DNA of 42,982 nt from a virus. Positions 30,833-40,098 of the stretch are shown in pieces. The position numbers and the translations under genes were made by a program. Position 1 is the first letter of the stretch, and the number at the start of each line of letters is the position of its first letter. Below the pieces are notes generated by a model, which saw nothing but the letters and a program-made list of their open reading frames with translations, ran no database searches and was not told the DNA's origin. Location of the stretch: the IMG/VR virus record IMGVR_UViG_3300038701_001030, positions 1 to 42,982 of that record; one strand, written 5' to 3'.

Positions 30833-31215
30833 GTGACGAAACGCAACGTGCAATCTTAGAACTGTGGGTCGAAATGGTTAGAACTAGCCCGCAGTTAACG
30901 ATCTTTATGACGTTCATCGCCGTAATAGCAGTAGCGGCCTGCGTTTTTACGTACTTTGCATGGCGCATGTCGCAATCAGCGAATAAAACTACGTCAAACA
31001 GCACCGAGTTAGTGAAAAAAGTTTCAGCTATACAAAGCAAATTAGACGAACACCAAGGACATAACAACGCACGTCACGAGCAAGCCGAATCCGAAATAGA
31101 AAAAGCAAAAATCAAGCTCACCGACCACGCGGTTCGTATAACTACATTAGAAACTGATTTTTCAAAAATAGCTAAACGAACCGACGACAACGAGAAAATA
31201 GATAATGCCAACTGA
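30829..31215 (+). CDS. Single-TMD membrane protein with a coiled-coil C-terminal domain (holin or i-spanin-like candidate)
   Basis: 128 aa with a GTGA-coupled start. It has one TMD (LTIFMTFIAVIAVAACVFTYFAW) followed by a charged helical region. Confidence 0.5.
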   Translation: MSDETQRAILELWVEMVRTSPQLTIFMTFIAVIAVAACVFTYFAWRMSQSANKTTSNSTELVKKVSAIQSKLDEHQGHNNARHEQAESEIEKAKIKLTDHAVRITTLETDFSKIAKRTDDNEKIDNAN

Positions 31216-32401
31216 GTTCATAACAACAGCAGGTGCAACGGGCAAGTTTACGCTACCAAGTGCGTTTGTCGCTGAGATGACCGCAGGCGGTACACTTGAT
31301 TTAACTTCTGCGGCTACGCTTGTCTACGCCCATGGCGGCATCACTGGCACATTAGCGGCAGGCGACTCGGTCGAAGTGCAAGGCGCGACAGGGAACACTG
31401 CGACAGTGGTTTCTATAACAGATACCCACGTTTTACTGCGTGACGTCGTCGGAACCATAGGTAACGGTGTTGTGCTTCAGGAAGTTGGTAGCGCAGGTAA
31501 TAACGTTACGACTTCAAGCGCAGGCGACGATGTAACATTGGTTTTGGAGCTTCAAAACCAAGTTTTCGACGATAGCTATTCACTGCAATCTATTACCATG
31601 AGTCCGACTAATCAGACAATCGTAAGGACGGTTGCAGGTGCAGAAAGTAACGGGGATATAAATTCTGGCGCGCGGATTATAAACACGCCAGGCGCGGGTA
31701 ATCCGGTAGTGCGTTCTCAAGAAGACGCGGTTTTTGAAGATCATGTTGTTATATGTGAACAAGCTAGTGGTGCTAGTCCGGCATGTTTATCTGACCCAGA
31801 CACAACGCACAACCGAATGATTTACAAGACTGCCAGTTCACACAGGGCGGTCTATTACGGTAGTCGTAACCGGTTTAATAGTTGTATTTTCCAAGACTCC
31901 GCAAACCACGCATGCGAAGCCAACGGAACATTTTTAGATGACACTTATTTCGATGGCTGTACGTTCGAAGGTAACGGCGGCTATGGCGTTAAAGGTGCCG
32001 CAAACTCTGATCTAGTTATGCGCGGTTGCGTTGGCCACAACAACGGAAGCGGCTTATGGGACGGTGTCGGCGACGTAGACCCACGTTGTGAGAATAACGC
32101 GAGCGACGGCCTATTCGCAGAGATTCCAGGGGGTGATAACGGCTCCAACATTGAAAGTATCTCAGCTACTTCGACAGATATTTTCGTCGATGCGGCTAAT
32201 GGTGACTACACACCAGCAGTCGGTTCTCCACTTCGCGACGCGTGGAACGCTTCACCAGCGGTTGCGTTTGACATCGCTAATCTATCACGACCCCAAGACG
32301 CTAACGCCGACATAGGCGCGGTGGAAGTTGCGGCAGGTGGCGGCGGTGGCGGTGGTTCAATCGCAGCGGCAGCACATTACTATTACCAAAATCAAGGTTA
32401 A
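31205..32401 (+). CDS. Tail spike/fibre-associated protein with beta-helix-like repeats
   Basis: 398 aa. The segment NRFNSCIFQDSANHACEANG...FDGCTFEGNGGYGVKGAANSDLVMRGCVGHNNGSG resembles parallel beta-helix repeats. A Gly7 tract lies near the C-terminus. Confidence 0.45.
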   Translation: MPTEFITTAGATGKFTLPSAFVAEMTAGGTLDLTSAATLVYAHGGITGTLAAGDSVEVQGATGNTATVVSITDTHVLLRDVVGTIGNGVVLQEVGSAGNNVTTSSAGDDVTLVLELQNQVFDDSYSLQSITMSPTNQTIVRTVAGAESNGDINSGARIINTPGAGNPVVRSQEDAVFEDHVVICEQASGASPACLSDPDTTHNRMIYKTASSHRAVYYGSRNRFNSCIFQDSANHACEANGTFLDDTYFDGCTFEGNGGYGVKGAANSDLVMRGCVGHNNGSGLWDGVGDVDPRCENNASDGLFAEIPGGDNGSNIESISATSTDIFVDAANGDYTPAVGSPLRDAWNASPAVAFDIANLSRPQDANADIGAVEVAAGGGGGGGSIAAAAHYYYQNQG

Positions 32402-32407
32402 AACATC

Positions 32408-34096
32408 ATGAGATATTTACGAGCGAACACGGTGCAGACTGTCAGCATAGGTCGTGCAGTATCGGTTGCAGACTTTTTCACGCCGGTAGCGGCGCTTGAT
32501 CTATCAGCAGCAGATGAAGCGACGATTTTAAAGAGAGGCGCGTCAACGCCTGTTGATATTTCAGGATTAACTGCGACGGCTATCGCTGGCAAAGTTGGGC
32601 ATTTTAATATATCTCTGAGTGCAGCACACACAGACACTTTAGGAAGCTTATCGCTGGGTGTTCGCGATGATTCTTTGATTTCGCCAATTGATGAAGATTT
32701 TGAAGTACTACCGGAACAGGTTTACGACTCGTTGGTGTTGGGTACCGATTTACTAGATATCGAAGGTTCAGGCATTACTGCCACAGCCGACTACTACGAA
32801 GGCGGCGCGGTCTACCTTGACACTAACAACGGCACCGCAGGCACGACGCTGGGCACTAACGGCACCGTTAACAATCCGACAAACTTACCAGCGAGTGCGA
32901 TCACCATTGCGACAGCGGGTAATTATAAAAAGTTTGGACTTGTCGGCGCGTCGGCTTGGACGCTAGCCGCCGCACTGCAAAACTCCGAAGTATTCGGCAG
33001 TGGTTATAGTCTGGGGCTCGGTTCTCAAAATATCGACAAAACGATTTTTTACGGCGCGAGCGTGTCAGGAGTTGGAAGCACTGCAAGCGCAGGCGACCGC
33101 CCGGCGTTCGTTTCGTGCTCTGTCGATGCGTCAACATTGCCGCCGTGCTCGCTGTCTTCAAGTTCGCTTGACGGAACTGTGACTATCGGTGCAGCAGGCC
33201 TCTATGACTTAAACGACTGTCAGAACTTATCAGCTAGAACAATCGATTTTAATAGCGTTGGTAGTGTCACGATGCTGATATCTAACCACGACGGTGACCT
33301 TGATCTAACAGGTTTGTCAGCTGGCGACGTGGTGAATATTTTTGACTGCAAAGGTGCTATATCATTCACCGGCACCGGCGGCACGGTTAACATTCGCGGC
33401 GGTAACGTTACACCGACTAACAACAGCGACCCAGCGGTCACAGTTAACAACCTCGGCACCTCGGGATTAACTGCGGTGGGCATACGCACAGAGTTAGACA
33501 GTAACAGCACATTTGCGGCGAATGTCACGGCTATGAAATCGGACTTGGACGACGGGGGCAGAACTGATTTGCTCATTGATTCTATTGTTACGGCCATTAC
33601 TGCCATGAAAGCCGATCTAGACAACGGCGGTCGCCTCGACTTGATATTCGATGCAATCTTAGCTGACACCAACGCGACACGCTCAGACTTGGGCGACGGC
33701 GGAAGGCTTGATTTACTTATTGATTCGATTATCACATTAGGCAATAGCATTGAGACCGACACACAAGCACTACAGGCGACGTTAGCCGGTACACTAGACG
33801 TTAACGTGACGCAGGTCGGTGGCAACGCTACGGCGCTGTCTAACTTCCTAGCTTCATTGCTTCAAATGCAGCAATACACAGTAGCGGCAACAGGCAACAC
33901 CACGACGGTTATAAATACGACACAATCGGCGTTGGGTGTGAATGTTCTAGCTAACCGCTGGGTTTATGTGCAGTCCGGCTCCTACATTTATAAAGTCGGC
34001 AAGATTGCGAGCAACACGGCGGCAGCGATAACGCTTGACGGTGACACACCGCTAGCGGCAGCGCTAACTGACGGTACAACAATACTGGTTGCATAA
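32408..34096 (+). CDS. Tail fibre protein with triple DLxDGGRLDLLIDSI repeats
   Basis: 562 aa, Thr/Ser/Gly/Ala/Asn-rich, with three consecutive 24-25-aa repeats (33533-33750). Confidence 0.55.
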   Translation: MRYLRANTVQTVSIGRAVSVADFFTPVAALDLSAADEATILKRGASTPVDISGLTATAIAGKVGHFNISLSAAHTDTLGSLSLGVRDDSLISPIDEDFEVLPEQVYDSLVLGTDLLDIEGSGITATADYYEGGAVYLDTNNGTAGTTLGTNGTVNNPTNLPASAITIATAGNYKKFGLVGASAWTLAAALQNSEVFGSGYSLGLGSQNIDKTIFYGASVSGVGSTASAGDRPAFVSCSVDASTLPPCSLSSSSLDGTVTIGAAGLYDLNDCQNLSARTIDFNSVGSVTMLISNHDGDLDLTGLSAGDVVNIFDCKGAISFTGTGGTVNIRGGNVTPTNNSDPAVTVNNLGTSGLTAVGIRTELDSNSTFAANVTAMKSDLDDGGRTDLLIDSIVTAITAMKADLDNGGRLDLIFDAILADTNATRSDLGDGGRLDLLIDSIITLGNSIETDTQALQATLAGTLDVNVTQVGGNATALSNFLASLLQMQQYTVAATGNTTTVINTTQSALGVNVLANRWVYVQSGSYIYKVGKIASNTAAAITLDGDTPLAAALTDGTTILVA

Positions 34097-36495
34097 TGTC
34101 CATAAACGATATCTACAACAACCGAGGCGGGCGACTTCCTCGGCGTTTGCCTGTGGGCGTGAGCTTCGCAGAAAGCGGCGGCGGTCAAGGTGGCGGTGGC
34201 GGTGGTGGTGGCGATGTTGGCGGCGACCAATCAGGTGTAGACGGTTCTACGTTTAACACGTTTACGCTTAAGAATATCGAGCCGAGTGGCAGCGGTAATG
34301 CGCGGACATACGTCCCGTATCAAACATTGGCCATTTTCGACGAAGGCGAAATTGCTTCCGATGAATTCGCGGCAGCGGTTCAGATTACAGACATCAACGA
34401 TAATACAGTTTCTATCGTGCACGCTACACAAACCGACGTTAAAACACGACACGATAGTGATGGCAGTATAAAAACAGCAGTGGTTACAGGTTTAATGCCT
34501 ACAAGCATGACCGTCGGGCAAGAGGTGTCTTGCCGTGTTGACTCAGTCGGTAATAACGCCGCTGGGACTGAGATTACGAAAGCCGACATACTGGCAGCTA
34601 ATGCAGATATGCGTATATCGTTAGATATCGGCGGCACGGTTTACACTGCGACATTGAAGGAAGCGTTAAACGCAACAACAATCGATTTTAACGACGCTGA
34701 CGACGTAGAAAAGTACGTTTGGCGACGCGGCGCGCTCTGTACCGAGCTTAAAGAATTTTCTATCCCGTTTAAGAATGGCGGCACTAATCACCCGCAATTG
34801 ACCGCACGCTTTCAGATCGCGGGATACTGGGACGGGCAAGCGGCAGCGGCTACCGTAACTGATGTTAAGATGCGCGGCGTGATTGAAAACACGCGTGTTT
34901 ATGAGGACGCCGACGGCAACACAAACACATTCGGCGGATTTACCGCTGACGTTACTTTCGAATCGACAGACGAAAACGGCACGTTTAACCGCACTTTATT
35001 TAATGAAAGCGGCGTAGATTTACCGCGCCAAGCTCGGATACCCGCTGAAACAGTGTGGTCGAGCGATGGCAACACACTACCGGAGCTGGGTTGCTTGCAG
35101 TTACCACAGCAGGGTATCACCCAACGGTTTATCCCGAATTTTACAAGCGTTACGGCGGCGGGTAGTACTAAGTCAGGTTTTGAAACTGAGGCCGACGCGA
35201 GAACGCTAAACGATACGCTTTCCATGCCGACAAACATAGGCGGCGCGGGGCATGACGGCACTATTGGCGCTATGCCTTACTGGGCATGTCTTTACTATGC
35301 GGATACTGTCAACCAAGGTCGCGAGCTTTACAAGTCGATTAAAGCCAATGCGGAAGCGGGCGGCTTGTATCACGTCCATTTTCGCGACGAAAACACCGAT
35401 GAGCCTATTAAGCGAACTGATTGGCCATACTTCGGTTTATCCGGTTCATTTAACGACCACAACAACCCGAGCACCGGACTAAATGAAGCACCACCTGGAC
35501 ACACCGGCAATGAACAATTGCCAGGTAGTTTGTCTGGTCTAACTATTAAAGGATCGCATTTCCCGCAAGCGAACTTGGCCGCATATCTTCTTGAAGGCGA
35601 CCCGTTTTACTTGGAGCAATTGCGATTTTGCGCATCTTGGGCAATCGCTTGGCAGAATCCCGCGCAGACATACGGCGGAGCCGAAAAAGGTTTATTAAAA
35701 CGGGTTCAGCATAGGACGCGCGGCTGGGGCTTGAATGCCATCGTTGACGCGTGGCTGGCGGAGCCAGACGGTACAGACTTTAAAGCGTACCTGAAAGGTA
35801 ATATTGATAACCAATTAAATTACACATTTTTACCTGATTCGCATTTAGATTACACGCAAGCCCCGCTTGGTTTCTACACTCGGTATAAGTTACACAGTGA
35901 AGAGAACATCGGTACAGCATCAAGCGGCAACCCAAACACCACGTATTCACTGTGGATGGGTACTTTTGAACTTCAAGCCGTTGCTAAGTTAGCAGCGCAC
36001 TTACCGGAATGGGTAACTATTCTTGATTGGATGTGCCGAGGTTGGGCGCAGATGCTTACACACCCTGATTTTTGTAAAACTATCGCGTCTGGTTATAGGC
36101 TTGCATTTAATCCCGCCTCTGAAAACCCAGCAGAAGCGGCAGACGGAAGCAACCGAGTAGCGCGGCAGGATTGGAAATCAATACTGGCCAACAGTAACCC
36201 AACGGCGGCGAGTAGTTGCTTTGGGACGCACGCTGATAACAACGGCAATAATGGCTCAAATATGGCTAATAATAGTTATGGGGTTATATTGCGGTGGGCT
36301 TACGCGATACTAGGTGAGCGCGGATATAAGGACGCGGTAGCGGAGCATACGGCGTTGACAACCGAGTTAGCCGGTGCGGACTTCACAGCGCATAATAATT
36401 TCTACGTATCCCCAATTGTTACTGATTCAACTGAGCGCGCCATGCCGTTCGATGACACGCAGTACGGGCATTACTTCGACATGGATAACGCATAA
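34096..36495 (+). CDS. Large tail-associated protein (possible receptor-binding protein or depolymerase)
   Basis: 799 aa, TAATG-coupled. An N-terminal Gly tract (34177-34212) is followed by a large globular region. The function is inferred from context only. Confidence 0.4.
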   Translation: MSINDIYNNRGGRLPRRLPVGVSFAESGGGQGGGGGGGGDVGGDQSGVDGSTFNTFTLKNIEPSGSGNARTYVPYQTLAIFDEGEIASDEFAAAVQITDINDNTVSIVHATQTDVKTRHDSDGSIKTAVVTGLMPTSMTVGQEVSCRVDSVGNNAAGTEITKADILAANADMRISLDIGGTVYTATLKEALNATTIDFNDADDVEKYVWRRGALCTELKEFSIPFKNGGTNHPQLTARFQIAGYWDGQAAAATVTDVKMRGVIENTRVYEDADGNTNTFGGFTADVTFESTDENGTFNRTLFNESGVDLPRQARIPAETVWSSDGNTLPELGCLQLPQQGITQRFIPNFTSVTAAGSTKSGFETEADARTLNDTLSMPTNIGGAGHDGTIGAMPYWACLYYADTVNQGRELYKSIKANAEAGGLYHVHFRDENTDEPIKRTDWPYFGLSGSFNDHNNPSTGLNEAPPGHTGNEQLPGSLSGLTIKGSHFPQANLAAYLLEGDPFYLEQLRFCASWAIAWQNPAQTYGGAEKGLLKRVQHRTRGWGLNAIVDAWLAEPDGTDFKAYLKGNIDNQLNYTFLPDSHLDYTQAPLGFYTRYKLHSEENIGTASSGNPNTTYSLWMGTFELQAVAKLAAHLPEWVTILDWMCRGWAQMLTHPDFCKTIASGYRLAFNPASENPAEAADGSNRVARQDWKSILANSNPTAASSCFGTHADNNGNNGSNMANNSYGVILRWAYAILGERGYKDAVAEHTALTTELAGADFTAHNNFYVSPIVTDSTERAMPFDDTQYGHYFDMDNA

Positions 36496-37496
36496 TGGCA
36501 ACTAGAATTAGCGGGCTAACCGATACTAATGCTTCATCTGCGGATTTACAGAAAGTCACAGACTTTAGCAAGACGGTGGCCGATACATTACGGAATAAGT
36601 TATATATTTTAGGCGCGGGTCACGGTGGCTCAAATTATGACGGGGTTATAGATTGGGACTTAAAAACGGGGCAGTTTTCTATATTCCACGGCTCCAGCCC
36701 TACGAGGGTTAACAATGTTCCGATAAATCCGAACGGAGCATGGCAGGCACGACACACTTACGATGCAATGTGCTACTTACCAGCGCCTTATGACTACGTA
36801 CTGGTGGCCGGTGCGTTTAGGTATGAAGATGGTAACGGCGCTGATACTATGATTTTTAGGCCGTCACTGGCTCAAGGTGACAACCCCGCGAACCCAGCGG
36901 CACCGTGGAGCCGACCAGCACAACCACCTGGCACTATATTTTTACTCGTTTGGGATCCTTTCGCTAAAGTCGTTTGGGGGCAGCTTGACGACGGTATTTG
37001 CTATTGGGATCCTGATACCGAAACGTGGAGTGGAGTGCAACACGGAAGTGTAGGCGCGACAGGCAGAACACGCCAAACGTTCATGATTGACCCGCTAGAG
37101 CGTAAACTCTGGATGGTGGGCAATGGTACGCGCGTGGAATACGGTATATCTGATATAAACAGCACAACGCGGAACGGGTCGGCCTCTTTCACTAATGAAA
37201 ATGGTCTATTTGACGACGGTGAACCAGGCATATTCTACCATCCTGGACTGAGACGAAACTTAATCAAGCAGCCAGAAACTAGCGCCACCAGTGTCTACTC
37301 GTTGAATGGTTCAAATAACACTATAACTGAGGTTCCGATTCAATCAGGTAACTCGGTTACCCCTGGCAGCACGCCGAATAGTTCAGGATACTGGAAGTTT
37401 AACTACTTCCCTGATTTTGACGTGTGCACGGACTTTGTAGCCGATGACGAATCAATTAAAACGATTAGAATTGCACAATTTGGGCTAACACTATGA
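36495..37496 (+). CDS. Hypothetical virion-associated protein with propeller-like repeats
   Basis: 333 aa, TAATG-coupled, with recurring W/G-containing blade-like segments (VWDPFAKVVWG, CYWDPDTETWSG, KLWMVGNG). Confidence 0.4.
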   Translation: MATRISGLTDTNASSADLQKVTDFSKTVADTLRNKLYILGAGHGGSNYDGVIDWDLKTGQFSIFHGSSPTRVNNVPINPNGAWQARHTYDAMCYLPAPYDYVLVAGAFRYEDGNGADTMIFRPSLAQGDNPANPAAPWSRPAQPPGTIFLLVWDPFAKVVWGQLDDGICYWDPDTETWSGVQHGSVGATGRTRQTFMIDPLERKLWMVGNGTRVEYGISDINSTTRNGSASFTNENGLFDDGEPGIFYHPGLRRNLIKQPETSATSVYSLNGSNNTITEVPIQSGNSVTPGSTPNSSGYWKFNYFPDFDVCTDFVADDESIKTIRIAQFGLTL

Positions 37497-37705
37497 GCGA
37501 CAAGTTAAGAGAATTACGACAGGGTTTCAAAATAAAATCTAGGAGCACGCTATCAGTAGCCGGTTTACACCGTTGCACGTTTATTTTGAATAATGACACC
37601 GTGATAACTAAGTCGGGACTTGATGCAGGCGAAGCGGCGGAGAAATGCCAAAACGAGCGGCAGACACTAGAACACAATGCCACAATGGAAATGCGGAGCA
37701 AGTAG
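37493..37705 (+). CDS. Hypothetical small protein
   Basis: 70-aa ORF whose start overlaps the previous stop (ATGA). Confidence 0.45.
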   Translation: MSDKLRELRQGFKIKSRSTLSVAGLHRCTFILNNDTVITKSGLDAGEAAEKCQNERQTLEHNATMEMRSK

Positions 37706-37909
37706 GCCATGCCCATAGGTTTAAACGGCACAATTGGCAACTTAATATACGACGCTGAGCCGGTAACGCCTGCGAGCGTGCCGGATTCGCCAGCCGCTAC
37801 CAGCGGCGCAGATTGCCGTATGGGATTAGGTTTGGGCGGCGTAATTCGCTTACAACCTTGTGTATCTTTAAGCGGCAGCACTCCCGCCGGCGACGGTATA
37901 GGAGACTAC

Positions 37910-38254
37910 ATGAACAACACCGGCGTAATTGCGATTGATTGCGCGCACATCTATCGGGGCTACGACAACGTTTTAGAATTCTATATCACCGAGGACGGTG
38001 TCACGCTCGACGACCTCAGTGCAGTAACCAAAATACAGCTAGATTGGAAAAGCGAGTCTATTAATTCAGTAGACGACGCCGAGCTATTCGACATCGACAC
38101 CGACACGGGTTTAATTACTGTATTACTAGGTGATGCACTTTGGCCGGTCGGTATCGAGTACGCGACGGTTATCGTGTTCGATGGTCTCAATACCGACGGC
38201 GTTATCTTCGCTAGTGATTCAACCGAGACCAAATTAAAAATATCAGTTCATTAA
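37910..38254 (+). CDS. Hypothetical protein (114 aa; shorter start preferred)
   Basis: The ATG at 37910 is preceded by AGGAG at 5-nt spacing. The track's upstream extension from 37709 is Gly/Pro/Ala-rich and has no RBS. Confidence 0.5.
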   Translation: MNNTGVIAIDCAHIYRGYDNVLEFYITEDGVTLDDLSAVTKIQLDWKSESINSVDDAELFDIDTDTGLITVLLGDALWPVGIEYATVIVFDGLNTDGVIFASDSTETKLKISVH

Positions 38255-38270
38255 ACCCGAGGGGTGAAAA

Positions 38271-38780
38271 GTGACAACAGCACGCAAAGCGCGGCTACGT
38301 TGTAGCGCGACGGTGTCCAAGACCGGCGAGCGGTGCACCAATAAAGCAAAGCCTAATGGGTTATGTGGTAAACACGGTGGCTATACGATCGACGCGGCAG
38401 CCGACGCGCCCGACGCGGTCAGCATATACGCGCAACACTACGACGACCACGACATTGCATTCCTTACGGGTACGCAGGTTGGAAGCGTCGACGCAGAAAT
38501 ACAACTGTGCAGAGTGCGTATAAACCGTGCATTGAAAGCTGAGAAGAAAAACCGCATGAAGCTCGTAGAAAAACGCGAGACGAAAGGCGGGCAGGACAGC
38601 GGGCAAGTAGTCCGAACGTATAAACAACCTGATTACGATTTAGTCATAGATCGCTTAATGGGGCGACTAGGTACGCTTGAGAAGCTACGCCGCGAGTTAA
38701 ACGGCGACGGTACAACACCGCTCGAAGTCGCGCAAGATGTAGCGGCAGCCATGAAGGCTATCGCAGCGCAAGGTGGGTAA
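38271..38780 (+). CDS. Small terminase subunit (candidate)
   Basis: 169 aa with a GTG start after a GAGGGGTG RBS, immediately upstream of and overlapping terL. It has an N-terminal basic C..C...C.KHGG segment. Confidence 0.45.
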   Translation: MTTARKARLRCSATVSKTGERCTNKAKPNGLCGKHGGYTIDAAADAPDAVSIYAQHYDDHDIAFLTGTQVGSVDAEIQLCRVRINRALKAEKKNRMKLVEKRETKGGQDSGQVVRTYKQPDYDLVIDRLMGRLGTLEKLRRELNGDGTTPLEVAQDVAAAMKAIAAQGG

Positions 38781-40098
38781 CTTAATACTACCGGAGCGGT
38801 TCTACCCGTTAAAATCGCACGGCATACAAGATCAACTAAAAGCCTGCACCAAGCCGTTCGTGGTTGTCCCCGCGGGGCGAAGGGGTGGTAAGTCCGAAAT
38901 AGCCAAACGTAAGCTAGTAAAGGAAGCATTAAAAGCAATCGGCGGGCGTTGGACTAAAAACTATTTCTTCGCGGCGGCACCGACAAGAGATCAAGCCAAG
39001 CGTATTTACTGGGAAGACCTGAAAGCGTTAGTGCCCTCTAAACTCGTTACTAACATCGTAGAGACCACGCTGACAATAGAGATTGCGCACTGTTCGTACA
39101 TTTCCGTAATCGGAATGGACAAACCGCAGCGTATCGAGGGCAGCCCGTGGAATGGAGGCATACTAGACGAGTATGCCGACATGAAAGCCAGCGCATGGGG
39201 TGAGAACGTCGCGCCAGCGCTAGCAGATCGGGACGGGTGGTGCTGGCAAATCGGCGTACCAGAGGGCCGCAACCACTACTACGACCAATACAGGTATGCA
39301 CTAGATTCGGGCGACCCCGAGTGGGCTGCGTTCACTTGGAAAAGTTCGGACATACTGCCGCCCCATGTTATCGAACGGTATAAACGCACTCTCGACCTGC
39401 TTACGTACCAACAAGAGTTCGAGGCCAGTTTCGTCAATTTTACCGGGCAAGCGTACTACGCGTTTGACGACGCGACGCACTGCCACCGGCTGGAGTATGA
39501 CCCGCACAAACGGGTAGCGTTCTGTTTTGATTTTAACGTATCCCCTGGCGTTGCTGGGATCATACAAGAGCAGAAGTTGCCTAATGGGCTTATGGGTAGC
39601 GGCATCATCGGAGAAGTACACATCCCGCGTAACTCCAATACAGTGCGCGTGTGTAACAAACTGATAGAAGACTGGGGCGACCATCAAGGCAAAATAGCCT
39701 TGCAGGGTGACGCGACCGGCGGGGCGAGCGGCTCCGCTAAGGTTCAGGGCTCAGACTGGGATTTGATCAAAAGCACGTTATCGAACCATTACGGCAATCA
39801 GAAGTTAATACACCGTGTCCCCCGCGCCAATGGTGCGGAACGGGTGCGAGTTAATACACTGAATACGCGGTTACTGAACGCGAATGATGAGGTGCGCATG
39901 ATGGTTGACCCATCGAAAGCGCCGCACGTCGTGAAGGACTTCGAAGGCGTTCGCGTTCTCGAAGGCGGTAGCGGCGAGATAGACAAAGATTACGACAAAC
40001 GATTAACACACCATACTGACTATGTAGGCTATTACGTCGTGCGGGAGTTCCCGATCGGCAGTAGGCACGTACAGAAACAAGAATATAGCGGGCATTAA
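38773..40098 (+). CDS. terL: Terminase large subunit
   Basis: 441 aa with Walker A (VVVPAGRRGGKSE) and Walker B (GGILDEYAD). It is followed by the portal gene. Confidence 0.85.
   Translation: MGNLILPERFYPLKSHGIQDQLKACTKPFVVVPAGRRGGKSEIAKRKLVKEALKAIGGRWTKNYFFAAAPTRDQAKRIYWEDLKALVPSKLVTNIVETTLTIEIAHCSYISVIGMDKPQRIEGSPWNGGILDEYADMKASAWGENVAPALADRDGWCWQIGVPEGRNHYYDQYRYALDSGDPEWAAFTWKSSDILPPHVIERYKRTLDLLTYQQEFEASFVNFTGQAYYAFDDATHCHRLEYDPHKRVAFCFDFNVSPGVAGIIQEQKLPNGLMGSGIIGEVHIPRNSNTVRVCNKLIEDWGDHQGKIALQGDATGGASGSAKVQGSDWDLIKSTLSNHYGNQKLIHRVPRANGAERVRVNTLNTRLLNANDEVRMMVDPSKAPHVVKDFEGVRVLEGGSGEIDKDYDKRLTHHTDYVGYYVVREFPIGSRHVQKQEYSGH

Noticed and set aside
32336-34212. GGY-rich repeats or other short repeats as a CRISPR-like array.
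   Set aside because: They are in-frame glycine codons inside long ORFs. There is no repeat-spacer periodicity and there are no cas genes.
37709-37909. 181-aa version of the ORF ending at 38254.
   Set aside because: The N-terminal 67 aa are Gly/Pro/Ala-rich with no RBS. An AGGAG RBS precedes the ATG at 37910. The 200-bp region may instead be non-coding, and this remains uncertain.
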